DNA of 64,000 bases, from contig JAPPBX010000049.1 in NCBI GenBank assembly GCA_026702755.1, positions 12,057 to 76,056 on the forward strand. Reading direction: 5' to 3'. Both the position numbers and the translations under genes were made by a program. This document shows positions 16,438-26,950 of this stretch, in pieces. This DNA is from Candidatus Poribacteria bacterium (GTDB taxonomy: Bacteria > Poribacteria > WGA-4E > WGA-3G). A model generated the notes under the pieces. The model ran no database searches. It was given only the letters and a program-made list of their open reading frames with translations, and had not been told where the DNA came from. The stretch's first letter is position 1; the number at the start of each line of letters is the position of its first letter.

Positions 16438-19053
16438 ATGCGATATCTACTGACATTTTGGATCTGTTTAACCCTAATAAGTGGTTATTGCCTATCAGTT
16501 TCTGCGCAGGAAGCAGCACAACCCGCGGCACAAGCAGCACCCGCAAAAAAGAAAAAAGAGTTTGAAGATTTTTCAAAAATTACTGAAGACAGCAAAAGCT
16601 ACCAAGGTTTTTTCAAACTATACGAAAAAAAAGAGAATCTCTATTGTGAAATACAACCCTCACAATTAGACAAACCTTTTCTGTGCATGATTAGTCTTTC
16701 ACGCGGTTTAGCGCGAGGTCGCCTTATTTCTGGAATGACGATGGAAGAGTGGCTGCTCGTCTGGCGGCGTGTCGGCGACAAGGTGCACCTCGTGCGAAAA
16801 AACGTACGTTTCCGCGCTGATAAAGGGACACCGACCGCACAATCCGTTGACTACAGCTACAGCGATTCTGTGCTCTTCTCTCTCAAGATTGAAAGTATAC
16901 ACCCACAACGAGGCAGTCTATTGGTGAATATTTCGCCTGTCTTTATGTCTGACCTACCACCGTTAGCAGGTAGTATTGGCGGAGGTGCCCGTTTTGACAA
17001 AACGCGTAGCACTTGGGGAAAAATCAAAGCATTCCCGAAGAACGTTGAATTGAGAGTTGAAGCGGTATACGCATCGAACAGCTATATAACAACGGTTCCT
17101 GACAGTCGCGGTATCCAGTTGACGTTGCACTATAGTCTCGCTGAACTTCCATCAAACAACTACCGCCCGCGGCTTGCTGATGACCGGGTCGGACATTTCA
17201 TGACAACCGTCAAGGACTACTCGCTTCAAACCAGCGATGCGCCGTATATTCGTTACGTCAATAGATGGCATTTAGAGAAAGCGGACAAAAAGGCGAAACT
17301 TTCGCCACCAATGGATCCAATCATTTTCTATATTGAGAAAACAGTACCACATCGTTTCCGTCCGTACATTCGTCAAGGGATCCTGGAATGGAACAAGGCG
17401 TTTGAAAAAGCAGGATTTGTTGACGCAATAGAAGCACGGATCCAACAAGATTATGAGGATTGGGACCCGGAAGACGCACGGTATAACACGATTCGTTGGG
17501 TTGTTGATGCGGGTTTCGCTATTGGTCCGTCCCGCGTGAATCCATTGACGGGTCAGATATTGGATGCCGATATCCTTATCAGCGACGGCTTCATCAGATC
17601 CTGGCAGCGGGAGTATTCGACGTACTTTGATGAACTCGATCATGAACGGGACCACCCGATGGATCACTCCTCACGGTTCCATTGTCAGATGGCATCCGGA
17701 TTGGCACGCCAGATGGGGTTCATGGCGAGCGTTCTGCAGGCGCGGGGTGTGGTCGGTGAAGACGGCGAATTGCCGGAAGCGTTTATCGGTCAGGCACTTA
17801 AAGCACTGACGATGCACGAAGTTGGACATACGTTGGGGTTGCGTCACAACTTTAAAGCGAGTACGATACATTCGCTTGATGACTTGAACAAGAAAAGCGA
17901 TGAAGCACTCCTCGGCTCCGTAATGGAATACGACGCTGTGAACATTGCCCCTGAAGGTAAAAAACAGGGCGATTACTATACAACAACAATTGGGCCCTGG
18001 GACTACTGGGTGATCGAGTATGCCTATAAATCGATCAATGCGAGTAACCCTGAAGGTGAACTAAAGGAGTTGGGCAAGATCGCTTCCCGTGTCGCAACAC
18101 CAGGACTGACGTACGGCACAGACGGCGATGCGTCCTCATATCAATATAGGGATTTGGACCCGCTGGTTAATCGGTGGGACCTCGGTTCGGATCCGCTCGA
18201 TTTTGCCAAACAACGTCGCGAGATTGTCGTTGAACTCTGGGACAAGATTGCTGACAAAGTTGCAAAAGAAGGGATGGGTTATCAGCGTGTCAGGCGTGCC
18301 TTCGGGTCCCTGCTTGGTGAACACGGTTATTCCATGTACCTTGCAAGCCGTTATATCGGCGGGCAGTATCACCATCGCGATCATCGTGGCGATGAGAATG
18401 GACGTTTACCCTTCGTGCCTGTTCCGGCGGCGAAACAACGCGAGGCACTTGAGTTCCTCAAAGAACATGCGCTCTCGGACAAAGCCTTCGATTTTCCTCC
18501 TGATTTACTCAACAGTCTCGCTGTCACACGTTGGAGCGACTGGGGCTCCGGGACCGGGGGGTCTACACGTTTGGATTATCCGGTGCATACTGTCATCCTA
18601 CGCAATCAGACCCGCATTTTGGGACGCTTGCTCTATCCGAATGTGCTTGCCCGCGTTCAGGACACAGAGTTGAAGTTTCCTGAGGGTGAAGACGCGTTTA
18701 CACTACCAGAACTCTTCTCAGGTATTACGGATGCGGTTTGGACAGAACTGGATCGGAATGTCGGAGAAAAGCAGTGGTCGAATACGGATGCATTCATCTC
18801 CAGTTTCCGGCGCGCGTTGCAACGTGAACACTTGAAGCAACTCATCAAATTGATACTGGATGCGGATAGTGGAACGCCTGAGGATGCAAGGTCGCTTGCT
18901 CGACATCATCTCGGACAAATCAATACTCGGATACAAGGCGTGCTTCAGAATGCCCAAGGGAGACTTGACGACTATAGCTTGGCACACCTCCAAGAATCGC
19001 AAGTCCGAGTCGCGAAGGCGTTGGATGCCAGTTTCCAAGTCCAGAAGCGTTAA
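16438..19053 (+). CDS. secreted zinc-dependent metalloprotease, 871 aa (DUF4953/DUF5117-like), tandem copy 1
   Basis: Signal peptide. MHEVGHTLGLRHNF zinc-binding HExxHxxGxxH motif followed by SVMEY. AAGGAG ribosome-binding site. Confidence 0.8.
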   Translation: MRYLLTFWICLTLISGYCLSVSAQEAAQPAAQAAPAKKKKEFEDFSKITEDSKSYQGFFKLYEKKENLYCEIQPSQLDKPFLCMISLSRGLARGRLISGMTMEEWLLVWRRVGDKVHLVRKNVRFRADKGTPTAQSVDYSYSDSVLFSLKIESIHPQRGSLLVNISPVFMSDLPPLAGSIGGGARFDKTRSTWGKIKAFPKNVELRVEAVYASNSYITTVPDSRGIQLTLHYSLAELPSNNYRPRLADDRVGHFMTTVKDYSLQTSDAPYIRYVNRWHLEKADKKAKLSPPMDPIIFYIEKTVPHRFRPYIRQGILEWNKAFEKAGFVDAIEARIQQDYEDWDPEDARYNTIRWVVDAGFAIGPSRVNPLTGQILDADILISDGFIRSWQREYSTYFDELDHERDHPMDHSSRFHCQMASGLARQMGFMASVLQARGVVGEDGELPEAFIGQALKALTMHEVGHTLGLRHNFKASTIHSLDDLNKKSDEALLGSVMEYDAVNIAPEGKKQGDYYTTTIGPWDYWVIEYAYKSINASNPEGELKELGKIASRVATPGLTYGTDGDASSYQYRDLDPLVNRWDLGSDPLDFAKQRREIVVELWDKIADKVAKEGMGYQRVRRAFGSLLGEHGYSMYLASRYIGGQYHHRDHRGDENGRLPFVPVPAAKQREALEFLKEHALSDKAFDFPPDLLNSLAVTRWSDWGSGTGGSTRLDYPVHTVILRNQTRILGRLLYPNVLARVQDTELKFPEGEDAFTLPELFSGITDAVWTELDRNVGEKQWSNTDAFISSFRRALQREHLKQLIKLILDADSGTPEDARSLARHHLGQINTRIQGVLQNAQGRLDDYSLAHLQESQVRVAKALDASFQVQKR

Positions 19054-19142
19054 GTGCTTGTACGTTTCGGTCAGGATTTTCATAAAACCCAACTACTTTC
19101 TGGCGGGGTTGATGAAGATTAAGAATTTAATTTGGTAATGTA

Positions 19143-19180
19143 GGGGCAGGCACAAGACCTGCCCCTACAATCATTTTCCT
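19143..19180 (+). terminator. hairpin GGGGCAGGCACAAGACCTGCCCC downstream of copy 1 (terminator-like; weak T-tract)
   Basis: 8-bp perfect stem. The same hairpin recurs at 24592 and a variant at 45620. Confidence 0.4.
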
Positions 19181-19279
19181 CAAGGATATTACCGAAATAT
19201 TTATTTAAACTTCATCAAACCCCGCCAACCTCAGTAAGTTTTCGCTTGTCAGCTGCACCCAAAATCAGGAGAAAAAATA

Positions 19280-21898
19280 GTGCGACCTCTATTCACTTTT
19301 TGGATCTGTTTAACGCTAATATGTAGTTATTGCCTTTCGGTAGCTGCTCAGGAAGCAGCACAACCCGCAAAACCCGCAACACAGGAAACACCTAAAAAAA
19401 CAAAAAAAGAGTTCCAAGATTTCGCAAAGGTAACTGAAGACAGCAAAAGCTACCAAGGCTTTTTCAAACTCTACCAGAAGAAAGAGAACCTCTATTGCGA
19501 GATACAACCCGCACAACTGAACCAGCCTTTTTTATTTTTGATTACGATTTCAGGCGGTATGGGGAACAACTTCCTCGCCGCAGGGGAGATCTGGGATCAG
19601 TGGCTGCTTGCTTGGCGACGTGTCGGCGACAATGTGCATCTCGTGCGAAAAAACACCCGTTTCCGCGCTGATAAAGGGACACCGACCGCACAAGCCGTTG
19701 CGTATGGTTATAGTGACTCTGTGCTATTTTCTCTCAAGATTGAAAGTATCCATGCACAACGGAAAAGCCTTTTGGTAAACATTTCACCCGTTTTCATCTC
19801 CGATCTACCCCCCTTGGCACGCTATATTGGTGGTGCTTTCGACAAAACGCGTAGCACTTGGGGAAAAATCAAGGCGTTCCCAAAGAATGTCGAGTTGAAA
19901 GTCAAAGCCGTCTACACATCAACACGCTACATAGAGGCTGTCCCCGATAGTCGTGGGATTCAGTTGACGCTGCATTACAGCCTCGCGAAACTCCCAGAAA
20001 ACAACTATCGTCCTCGGTTGGCTGACGACCGGCTTGGGCACTTTATGACAGCGATCAAAGACTATTCACTTCAAACCAGTGATGCCCCCTTCACCCGCTA
20101 TGTCCAGCGATGGCATCTGGAGAAGGCAGACAAAAAAGCGAAACTTTCACCGCCGAAAAAACCGATTATCTTTTACATCGAGAAAACGGTGCCACACCGC
20201 TACCGTCCCTACATCCGACAAGGGATTCTCGAATGGAACAAGGCGTTTGAAAAGGCAGGCTTTGTCGATGCAATTGAGGCACGCATTCAACAAGATTATG
20301 AAGATTGGGATCCCGAAGACGCACGCTATAATACGATCCGTTGGATTGTCGGTGCAACTTTTGGGTATGGTCCATCCCGCGTGAATCCACTCACAGGCGA
20401 GATCTTGGATGCCGATATCCTTTTGGGTGACGGTTGGATCAGATACTGGCAGCAAGATCACAGAACCTTCTTTGATAAACTGGCGTATGAACGCGATCAT
20501 CCGATGGATCACACTTCACACTTTCGGTGTCAGATGTCATCCGGCTTGGCACATCAGATGAACCTCATGGCGAGTGTGTTGCAGGCGCGTGGTTTGACAG
20601 ATGAAGGCGGTGAACCATCAGAAGTTTATGTCGGGGAAGCAATGAAATTATTGGTGATGCATGAAGTAGGACATACGTTAGGGTTACGTCACAACTTTAA
20701 AGCGAGTACAATACTCTCCCTTGAAGAACTGAACACGAAAAAAGACGAACCCCTCTACGGTTCCGTCATGGAATACGAAGCCGTGAATATCGCTCCCGAA
20801 GGCGAAAAGCAAGGACATTTCTTTTCACCGACAGTCGGTCCTTGGGATGACTGGGTGATCGAGTATGCCTATAAACCGATCGACGCAAGCAAACCTGAAG
20901 ATGAATTGGAAGCGTTGGGTAAAATCGCTTCCCGTGTCGCAGCACCGGAACTCACTTACGGCACAGATGAAGATGTTTACGGCTATCAATACCGTAATCT
21001 GGATCCGCTGGTAAATCTTTGGGATCTGGGTGCCGACCCATTTGAGTTCGCCAAACAACGGCGCGAGATCATCGTTAAACTTTGGGAGAAAATTGCGGAC
21101 AAGGTTATAAAAGAGGGGATGGGCTATCAACGTGTCCGGCGAGCCTTCGAGACCCTACTCTATGAACATGAGAGTGCGATGTATCTCGCAAGTCGCTATA
21201 TCGGCGGGCAGTATCACCATCGCGATCACCGCGGCGATGAAAATGGACGTTTACCCTTCGTGCCAGTTCCGGCGGCGAAACAACGCGAAGCACTCCAATT
21301 CCTGAAAGAATACGCCCTTTCCGACAGTGCCTTCGATTTTCCACCCGATCTACTTAACAGCCTCGCTGTCACGCGTTGGAGCGATTGGGGATCAAGTAGC
21401 GGTGGTTCCACACGTTTGGACTACCCCGTGCATCAGGTCATCCTATGGAATCAAACCTTTATCTTGGAACGGCTGCTTTATCCGAATGTTCTCGCGCGGA
21501 TTCAGGACACAGAATTGAAGTTTCCCAAAGGTGAAGATGTGTTCACACTGCCTGAACTCTTTTCAGGTATCACGGACGCGGTCTGGGTAGAACTCGATCG
21601 GAATGTCGGCGAAAAGCAGTGGTCGAATACCGATGCTTTCATTTCCAGTTTCCGGCGCGGGCTGCAGCGGGAACACCTCAAGCAGCTTATCAAACTGGTG
21701 TTGGATGCCGACAGTGGCACCCCCGAAGATGCGCGATCCCTCGCACGCCTACATCTCGAAGAAATCAACACGCAGATACAAGGTGTGCTTCAGAATGCCC
21801 AAGGGAGACTCGATGATTATAGTCTGGCGCACCTCAAAGAGTCGCAAGTTCGCGTCGCGAAGGCGTTGGATGCAAGTTTTCAAGTTCAGAAACGTTAG
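19280..21898 (+). CDS. secreted zinc-dependent metalloprotease, 872 aa, tandem copy 2 (GTG start)
   Basis: Same architecture and LVMHEVGHTLGLRHNF motif. Starts with GTG after a CAGGAG ribosome-binding site. Confidence 0.8.
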   Translation: MRPLFTFWICLTLICSYCLSVAAQEAAQPAKPATQETPKKTKKEFQDFAKVTEDSKSYQGFFKLYQKKENLYCEIQPAQLNQPFLFLITISGGMGNNFLAAGEIWDQWLLAWRRVGDNVHLVRKNTRFRADKGTPTAQAVAYGYSDSVLFSLKIESIHAQRKSLLVNISPVFISDLPPLARYIGGAFDKTRSTWGKIKAFPKNVELKVKAVYTSTRYIEAVPDSRGIQLTLHYSLAKLPENNYRPRLADDRLGHFMTAIKDYSLQTSDAPFTRYVQRWHLEKADKKAKLSPPKKPIIFYIEKTVPHRYRPYIRQGILEWNKAFEKAGFVDAIEARIQQDYEDWDPEDARYNTIRWIVGATFGYGPSRVNPLTGEILDADILLGDGWIRYWQQDHRTFFDKLAYERDHPMDHTSHFRCQMSSGLAHQMNLMASVLQARGLTDEGGEPSEVYVGEAMKLLVMHEVGHTLGLRHNFKASTILSLEELNTKKDEPLYGSVMEYEAVNIAPEGEKQGHFFSPTVGPWDDWVIEYAYKPIDASKPEDELEALGKIASRVAAPELTYGTDEDVYGYQYRNLDPLVNLWDLGADPFEFAKQRREIIVKLWEKIADKVIKEGMGYQRVRRAFETLLYEHESAMYLASRYIGGQYHHRDHRGDENGRLPFVPVPAAKQREALQFLKEYALSDSAFDFPPDLLNSLAVTRWSDWGSSSGGSTRLDYPVHQVILWNQTFILERLLYPNVLARIQDTELKFPKGEDVFTLPELFSGITDAVWVELDRNVGEKQWSNTDAFISSFRRGLQREHLKQLIKLVLDADSGTPEDARSLARLHLEEINTQIQGVLQNAQGRLDDYSLAHLKESQVRVAKALDASFQVQKR

Positions 21899-21948
21899 AC
21901 CGAATTTACAACGTGAAAGTAAATAATGTAAAATAAGGAGAAAATTCA

Positions 21949-24564
21949 ATGCAACGCCAATTGACTTTTTGGCTCTGTTTAATTCTAATCAGCAGTTGTT
22001 ACCTGCCGATATTCGCACAACAAGCAGCACAACCCGCAACACAAGAAGCACCCACGAAACCAAAAAAAGAGTTCCCAGACTTCTCGAAAGTTATCGAGGA
22101 TAGCAAAAGCTACCAAGGTTTTTTCAAACTATACCAGAAAAAAGAGAATCTTTATTGTGAGATACAACCCGCACAATTGAACCAACCCTTTCTATGCATG
22201 ATTAGTCTTGCGCGCGGCTTAGGGAGAGGATCCCTTATCTCTGGGATGACGATGGATGAGTGGCTGCTGGTCTGGCGACGCGTTGGCGACAACGTGCATC
22301 TCATGCGAAAAAATGTGCGTTTCCGCGCTGATAAAGGGACACCGACCGCACAGGCGGTTGACTACGGTTATAGTGACTCTGTGCTGTTCTCTCTTAAGAT
22401 TGAAAGTATCCATCCACAACGGAAAAGCCTTTTGGTAAATATCTCACCTGTTTTTGTATCCGATCTACCGCCTTTGGCACGTAGGATCGCCCCAGATGCG
22501 CGCTTCGACAGAACGCGCAGCACTTGGGGAAAAATCAAGACATTCCCAAAGAATGTGGAGTTGAAAGTTAACGCGGCGTACACCTCGTCAAGTTATATAG
22601 AAACTGTGCCCGACAGTCGTGGGATTCAATTGACGCTGCACTATAGCCTCGCGAAACTTCCATCGAACAACTACCGTCCTCGGTTGGCTGACGACCGGCT
22701 TGGACACTTTATGACAACAATCAAAGATTACTCGCTTCAAACCAGCGATGCGCCGTATATCCGTTACGTCAATCGATGGCATCTGGAGAAAGCAGACAAA
22801 AAGGCGAAACTCTCACCTCCGATGGATCCGATCATTTTCTACATTGAGAAAACGGTGCCGCACCGGTTTCGTCCGTACATTCGCCAAGGGATCCTGGAAT
22901 GGAACAAGGCATTTGAAAAGGCAGGCTTTGTCGATGCAATTGAGGCACGTATTCAACAAGATTACGAGGATTGGGACCCCGAAGATGCCCGCTATAACAC
23001 GATCCGCTGGGTTGTTGACGCAGGCTTCGCGATTGGTCCGTCCCGCGTGAACCCGTTGACAGGACAGATATTGGATGCCGATATTCTTATCAGCGACGTT
23101 TTTATCAGAAGTTGGCAGCGACAGTATAAAACATACTTTGATGAGTTAGCACACGAGCGCGATCATCCGATGGATCACACCTCACACTTTCAGTGTCAAC
23201 TGGCATCTGGATTGACACGTCAGATGGGGTTCATGGCGAGCGTCTTGCAGGCACGCGGTCTGACGGGCGAAGACGGTGAATTACCAGAAAAATTTATCGG
23301 CGAGGCACTGAAAACACTGACGATGCATGAGGTCGGTCACACATTGGGATTACGTCACAATTTTAAATCGAGTACGATATACTCTCTTGACGATCTGAAC
23401 GACAAAACAGACGAGGCAACCGTCGGTTCCGTCATGGATTACTGGGGCGTGAATGTTGCTCCCGAAGGTAAAGAACAGGGACATTACTATACGCCGACGG
23501 TTGGTCCTTGGGATTATTGGGTCGTCGAGTATGCCTATAAACCGATTGCTGCAAGTAACCCTGAAGGTGAATTGGAGGCATTGGGTAAAATCGCCTCCCG
23601 TGTCGCAACACCGGAACTTACCTACGGAACAGATGGCGATGTTTACAGCTATCAATACCGTAATCTGGATCCGCTGGTAAATGTTTGGGATCTGGGTGCC
23701 GACCCGCTTGAGTTTGCCAAACAACGGCGAGAAATTGTCGTTAACCTTTGGGACAAAATTGCGGATAAGGTCACAAAAGAGGGGATGGGCTATCAACGGG
23801 TCCGACAGGCATTTGGGAGATTGCTTGGTGAACATGCGAATGCGATGTACTTTGCAAGCCGATATATCGGTGGGCAGTATCACCATCGCGATCATCGCGG
23901 TGATGAAAATGGACGTTTACCTTTTGTGCCGGTTCTCGCAGCGAAACAACGCGAAGCACTCCAATTCCTCAAAGAACACGCCCTCTCGGACAAAGCCTTC
24001 GATTTCTCGGCTGACCTACTCAACAGTCTCGCTGTCACGCGTTGGAGTGATTGGGGATCAAGTAGTGGGAGTTCTACGCGTTTGGATTATCCCGTGCATC
24101 AGATCATTCTGAACAATCAAACCTTTATCTTGGGACGACTGCTTTATCCGAATGTTCTGGCGCGGATTCAGGACACAGAGTTGAAGTTTCCTAAGGGTGA
24201 AGATGTGTTCACACTGCCAGAACTCTTTTCAGGTATCACGGACGCTGTCTGGGTAGAACTTGATCGGAATGTCGGCGAAAAGCAGTGGTCGAATACCGAT
24301 GCTTTCATTTCCAGTTTCCGGCGCGGTTTGCAGCGGGAACACCTCAAGCAGCTTATCAAACTGGTGTTGGAGGCTGATAGTGGCACCCCGGAGGATGCAA
24401 GGTCGCTCGCACGCCTACATCTCGAAGAAATCAACACGCAGATACAAGGCGTACTTCAGAATGCGCAAGGGAGACTTGACGATTATAGTTTAGCACACCT
24501 CGAAGAATCGCAGGTCCGAGTCGCAAAGGCTCTGGATGCGAGTTTCCAAGTTCAGAAACGGTGA
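21949..24564 (+). CDS. secreted zinc-dependent metalloprotease, 871 aa, tandem copy 3
   Basis: Same architecture. LTMHEVGHTLGLRHNF. AAGGAG ribosome-binding site. Only 50 bp after copy 2. Confidence 0.8.
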   Translation: MQRQLTFWLCLILISSCYLPIFAQQAAQPATQEAPTKPKKEFPDFSKVIEDSKSYQGFFKLYQKKENLYCEIQPAQLNQPFLCMISLARGLGRGSLISGMTMDEWLLVWRRVGDNVHLMRKNVRFRADKGTPTAQAVDYGYSDSVLFSLKIESIHPQRKSLLVNISPVFVSDLPPLARRIAPDARFDRTRSTWGKIKTFPKNVELKVNAAYTSSSYIETVPDSRGIQLTLHYSLAKLPSNNYRPRLADDRLGHFMTTIKDYSLQTSDAPYIRYVNRWHLEKADKKAKLSPPMDPIIFYIEKTVPHRFRPYIRQGILEWNKAFEKAGFVDAIEARIQQDYEDWDPEDARYNTIRWVVDAGFAIGPSRVNPLTGQILDADILISDVFIRSWQRQYKTYFDELAHERDHPMDHTSHFQCQLASGLTRQMGFMASVLQARGLTGEDGELPEKFIGEALKTLTMHEVGHTLGLRHNFKSSTIYSLDDLNDKTDEATVGSVMDYWGVNVAPEGKEQGHYYTPTVGPWDYWVVEYAYKPIAASNPEGELEALGKIASRVATPELTYGTDGDVYSYQYRNLDPLVNVWDLGADPLEFAKQRREIVVNLWDKIADKVTKEGMGYQRVRQAFGRLLGEHANAMYFASRYIGGQYHHRDHRGDENGRLPFVPVLAAKQREALQFLKEHALSDKAFDFSADLLNSLAVTRWSDWGSSSGSSTRLDYPVHQIILNNQTFILGRLLYPNVLARIQDTELKFPKGEDVFTLPELFSGITDAVWVELDRNVGEKQWSNTDAFISSFRRGLQREHLKQLIKLVLEADSGTPEDARSLARLHLEEINTQIQGVLQNAQGRLDDYSLAHLEESQVRVAKALDASFQVQKR

Positions 24565-24591
24565 ATGCTCGGACGTTTCGGTCAGTAATTG

Positions 24592-24628
24592 CGGGCAGGC
24601 ACAAGACCTGCCCCTACAATGTTTTTTA
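24592..24628 (+). terminator. rho-independent terminator-like hairpin (GGGCAGGCACAAGACCTGCCC followed by TGTTTTTTAC)
   Basis: Perfect stem plus downstream T-tract, just after the copy 3 stop. Confidence 0.55.
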
Positions 24629-24667
24629 CGGGTAACATTACTGAAGTATTTATTTAAACTTCATCAA

Positions 24668-24860
24668 ACCGCACTATAGGTATCAATTTAGGGGTTTTCG
24701 AGGTATTTTGTAACAGCCTTTCTACAGTTTTTCTACAAAGATACTGAAGAAATACCCAAGCAAATAAACCCTACGGGATTCAAGAGGGTTTTGGAATCTT
24801 CAAGGGTTCTGTGTAAAATCCGATGCGGTTAGAAACTGCACCTACCGGGCTTGCGGGGAA
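24668..24860. repeat. repeat family 1 copy
   Basis: Collinear with 3294..3520, except that 3294..3520 carries an extra CCCTACGG module of about 50 bp. Confidence 0.7.
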
Positions 24861-24980
24861 TTGGGATTACCGATTTAAATAATTAAACTTCATACAGTTT
24901 GTGGTACAAAAACACCGCCCATCGCAAAGCAAAACGCGCAATGAATTGCGCTACTACAAACAAAAACTTAGGAGGAACGG

Positions 24981-25913
24981 ATGGAAATTCTTCAATATAC
25001 GCCCGATATGCAAGCATCCTTAACCCAATTTTATAATCACTTGACCGTCGATGTTCCGCACTGTTATCCAGTCAAGGAGGAAGAATTTGCTATTGCGGTA
25101 CGTGAGGTTACGACCGATAAATCAGATGTAAAGGACGGAGGTCTTGACTCGGAAACTGCCTTTGTTGCAATGGTGAACGGTGCTGTGCAAGCGTTTATTC
25201 ATATCGGCATCGGTCAGGTCTGGAATCACGAGGAAAGGAAAGAGAACGCTGGCATTATTCGGTTTCTTGGTTACGAACGCGGGGCGCGGCAAGTTGGGCA
25301 AGCCGTGCTTGAAAAGGCGGAAGATTATCTGAAAACTTATGATATTTCTCAGATTTTCGCCTTTTCACAGGACTGCCGATACCGCTTCTATCATTTTGCA
25401 CACGCCTATCTATCGGACGCGCTTGATCAAGTTCAAGGCCTCCTTGGATATAATGGATACCACCGTTCCAATGGCGAGGTCTTTCTGGATTGGGAAGACT
25501 ATTCCGTTACACCAGTACCTTCAAATCTGCCGGTAACGCTTTCTATCGACTGGAAGGACGGGCGTGGACAACTCCCGAATTGTACTGTGCTCGCCCACCA
25601 AGACGGCGAACAGGTCGGCATCTGTGAGTCCCTCTGCGGTGGTGAGTTCTCAAGCCACGCCGATGCACAAAACTGGCTTCATACTGTCTGGCTCGGTATT
25701 GAAGATGATTTTCAGGGACAGGGTTTGGGACGCTATCTGCTTCAATACGCGCTTCAAGAGATGAAGAAAATCGGATACCAACATGCAGCGATTAGCACTG
25801 CTTGGGATAACCACCGCGCGTTCCTCTTTTATAGCAACTGCGGTTATTGGACCGTAGATTGGACTTATGAATTCGTCAAAGACCTCTCCAAAGCACCAAC
25901 GGAAAAGTGGTAA
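24981..25913 (+). CDS. GNAT-fold acyltransferase-like protein, 310 aa (paralog A)
   Basis: AGGAGG ribosome-binding site. C-terminal QGQGLGRYLLQYALQEMKKIGY...FYSNCGY resembles GNAT motifs A and B. Confidence 0.6.
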   Translation: MEILQYTPDMQASLTQFYNHLTVDVPHCYPVKEEEFAIAVREVTTDKSDVKDGGLDSETAFVAMVNGAVQAFIHIGIGQVWNHEERKENAGIIRFLGYERGARQVGQAVLEKAEDYLKTYDISQIFAFSQDCRYRFYHFAHAYLSDALDQVQGLLGYNGYHRSNGEVFLDWEDYSVTPVPSNLPVTLSIDWKDGRGQLPNCTVLAHQDGEQVGICESLCGGEFSSHADAQNWLHTVWLGIEDDFQGQGLGRYLLQYALQEMKKIGYQHAAISTAWDNHRAFLFYSNCGYWTVDWTYEFVKDLSKAPTEKW

Positions 25914-26035
25914 CCTCAGATTCAGACAATCAGCACGACCTTAAAGGCAGCATCTCACTTCTCGTTTTCTGGGTGGAAGTGGGGACGGAGCAATTCTGCT
26001 GTGAGATGTTCCGTAAAAGGAGAGTAGAAAAAGAG

Positions 26036-26950
26036 ATGGAAATTTTACAATATACACCCGACATGCAAGCACCTCTCACCCAATTTTATAATCGCTTGAT
26101 CACCGATGTTCCGCATTGCTACCCTGTAACGGAGGGAGAATTTGCTATTGTACTACGCGGGGTTACGACTGGTAAAGCCGACAAAGATGACTTTGGACGT
26201 GGACTCGACTCCGAAACTGCCTTCGTCGCGATGACGGAGGGTGCAGTGCAGGCGTTTATTCACGTCGGTCTCACTCAGATGAGAGATGAGGATGTAGGTA
26301 TTATTCGGTTCTTGGGCTACGAACGTGGGGCACGGCGCGCTGGACAAGCCGCCCTTGAAAAGGCGGAAACCTATCTGAAATCATTTAATGTAACCCGAAT
26401 TTTCGCTGCCGAGCGTCGATATCGTTTCTATCATTTTGAATACGCCTGTCTATCGGATGCACTTGATCAGGTTCAAGGACTCCTTGGATTCAACGGATAC
26501 CACCGTTCCAACGGATGGGTCTTTTTAGACTGGGAAAACTACGATGTTACACCAATACCGGCACCTATACCGGTAACGCTTTCTGTAGAGTGGAAGGACG
26601 AACGCGGACAACGTCCAGATAGCGTCATAAAAGCCTATCAAGGTGATGAAGAGATTGGCTTATGTGTATCTGTCTCTGGTGGTGAGTATTCGGACCACCC
26701 GGATGCACAGGATTGGTTCCATACGGTTTATCTTGAGATTGAAGGTGAGTTTCAAGGACAGGGGTTAGGACGCTACCTGCTCCAATACGCACTTCAAGAG
26801 ATGAAGAAAATCGGATACCAGCACGCAACAATCAGCACGCGCTGGGATGATTATCGCGCACTTCTCTTTTACAGCAACTGCGGTTATCGGGTTGCAGATT
26901 GGACCTACGCCTATGAAAAAGTGCTCTCTGAACCGCCAACGCCCAATTAA
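26036..26950 (+). CDS. GNAT-fold acyltransferase-like protein, 304 aa (paralog B)
   Basis: Start moved to the ATG at 26036 with an AAGGAG ribosome-binding site (the ORF-track start at 25907 lacks one). Collinear with paralog A throughout. Confidence 0.6.
   Translation: MEILQYTPDMQAPLTQFYNRLITDVPHCYPVTEGEFAIVLRGVTTGKADKDDFGRGLDSETAFVAMTEGAVQAFIHVGLTQMRDEDVGIIRFLGYERGARRAGQAALEKAETYLKSFNVTRIFAAERRYRFYHFEYACLSDALDQVQGLLGFNGYHRSNGWVFLDWENYDVTPIPAPIPVTLSVEWKDERGQRPDSVIKAYQGDEEIGLCVSVSGGEYSDHPDAQDWFHTVYLEIEGEFQGQGLGRYLLQYALQEMKKIGYQHATISTRWDDYRALLFYSNCGYRVADWTYAYEKVLSEPPTPN

Noticed and set aside
17272-17667. Antisense ORFs of 100-180 aa inside each metalloprotease copy (17272..17667, 20147..20512, 23350..23895 and others)
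   Set aside because: They lie fully within long, motif-supported sense genes, lack ribosome-binding sites, and recur only because the paralogs share DNA. They are shadow ORFs. They were used only as a read-out of nucleotide identity.
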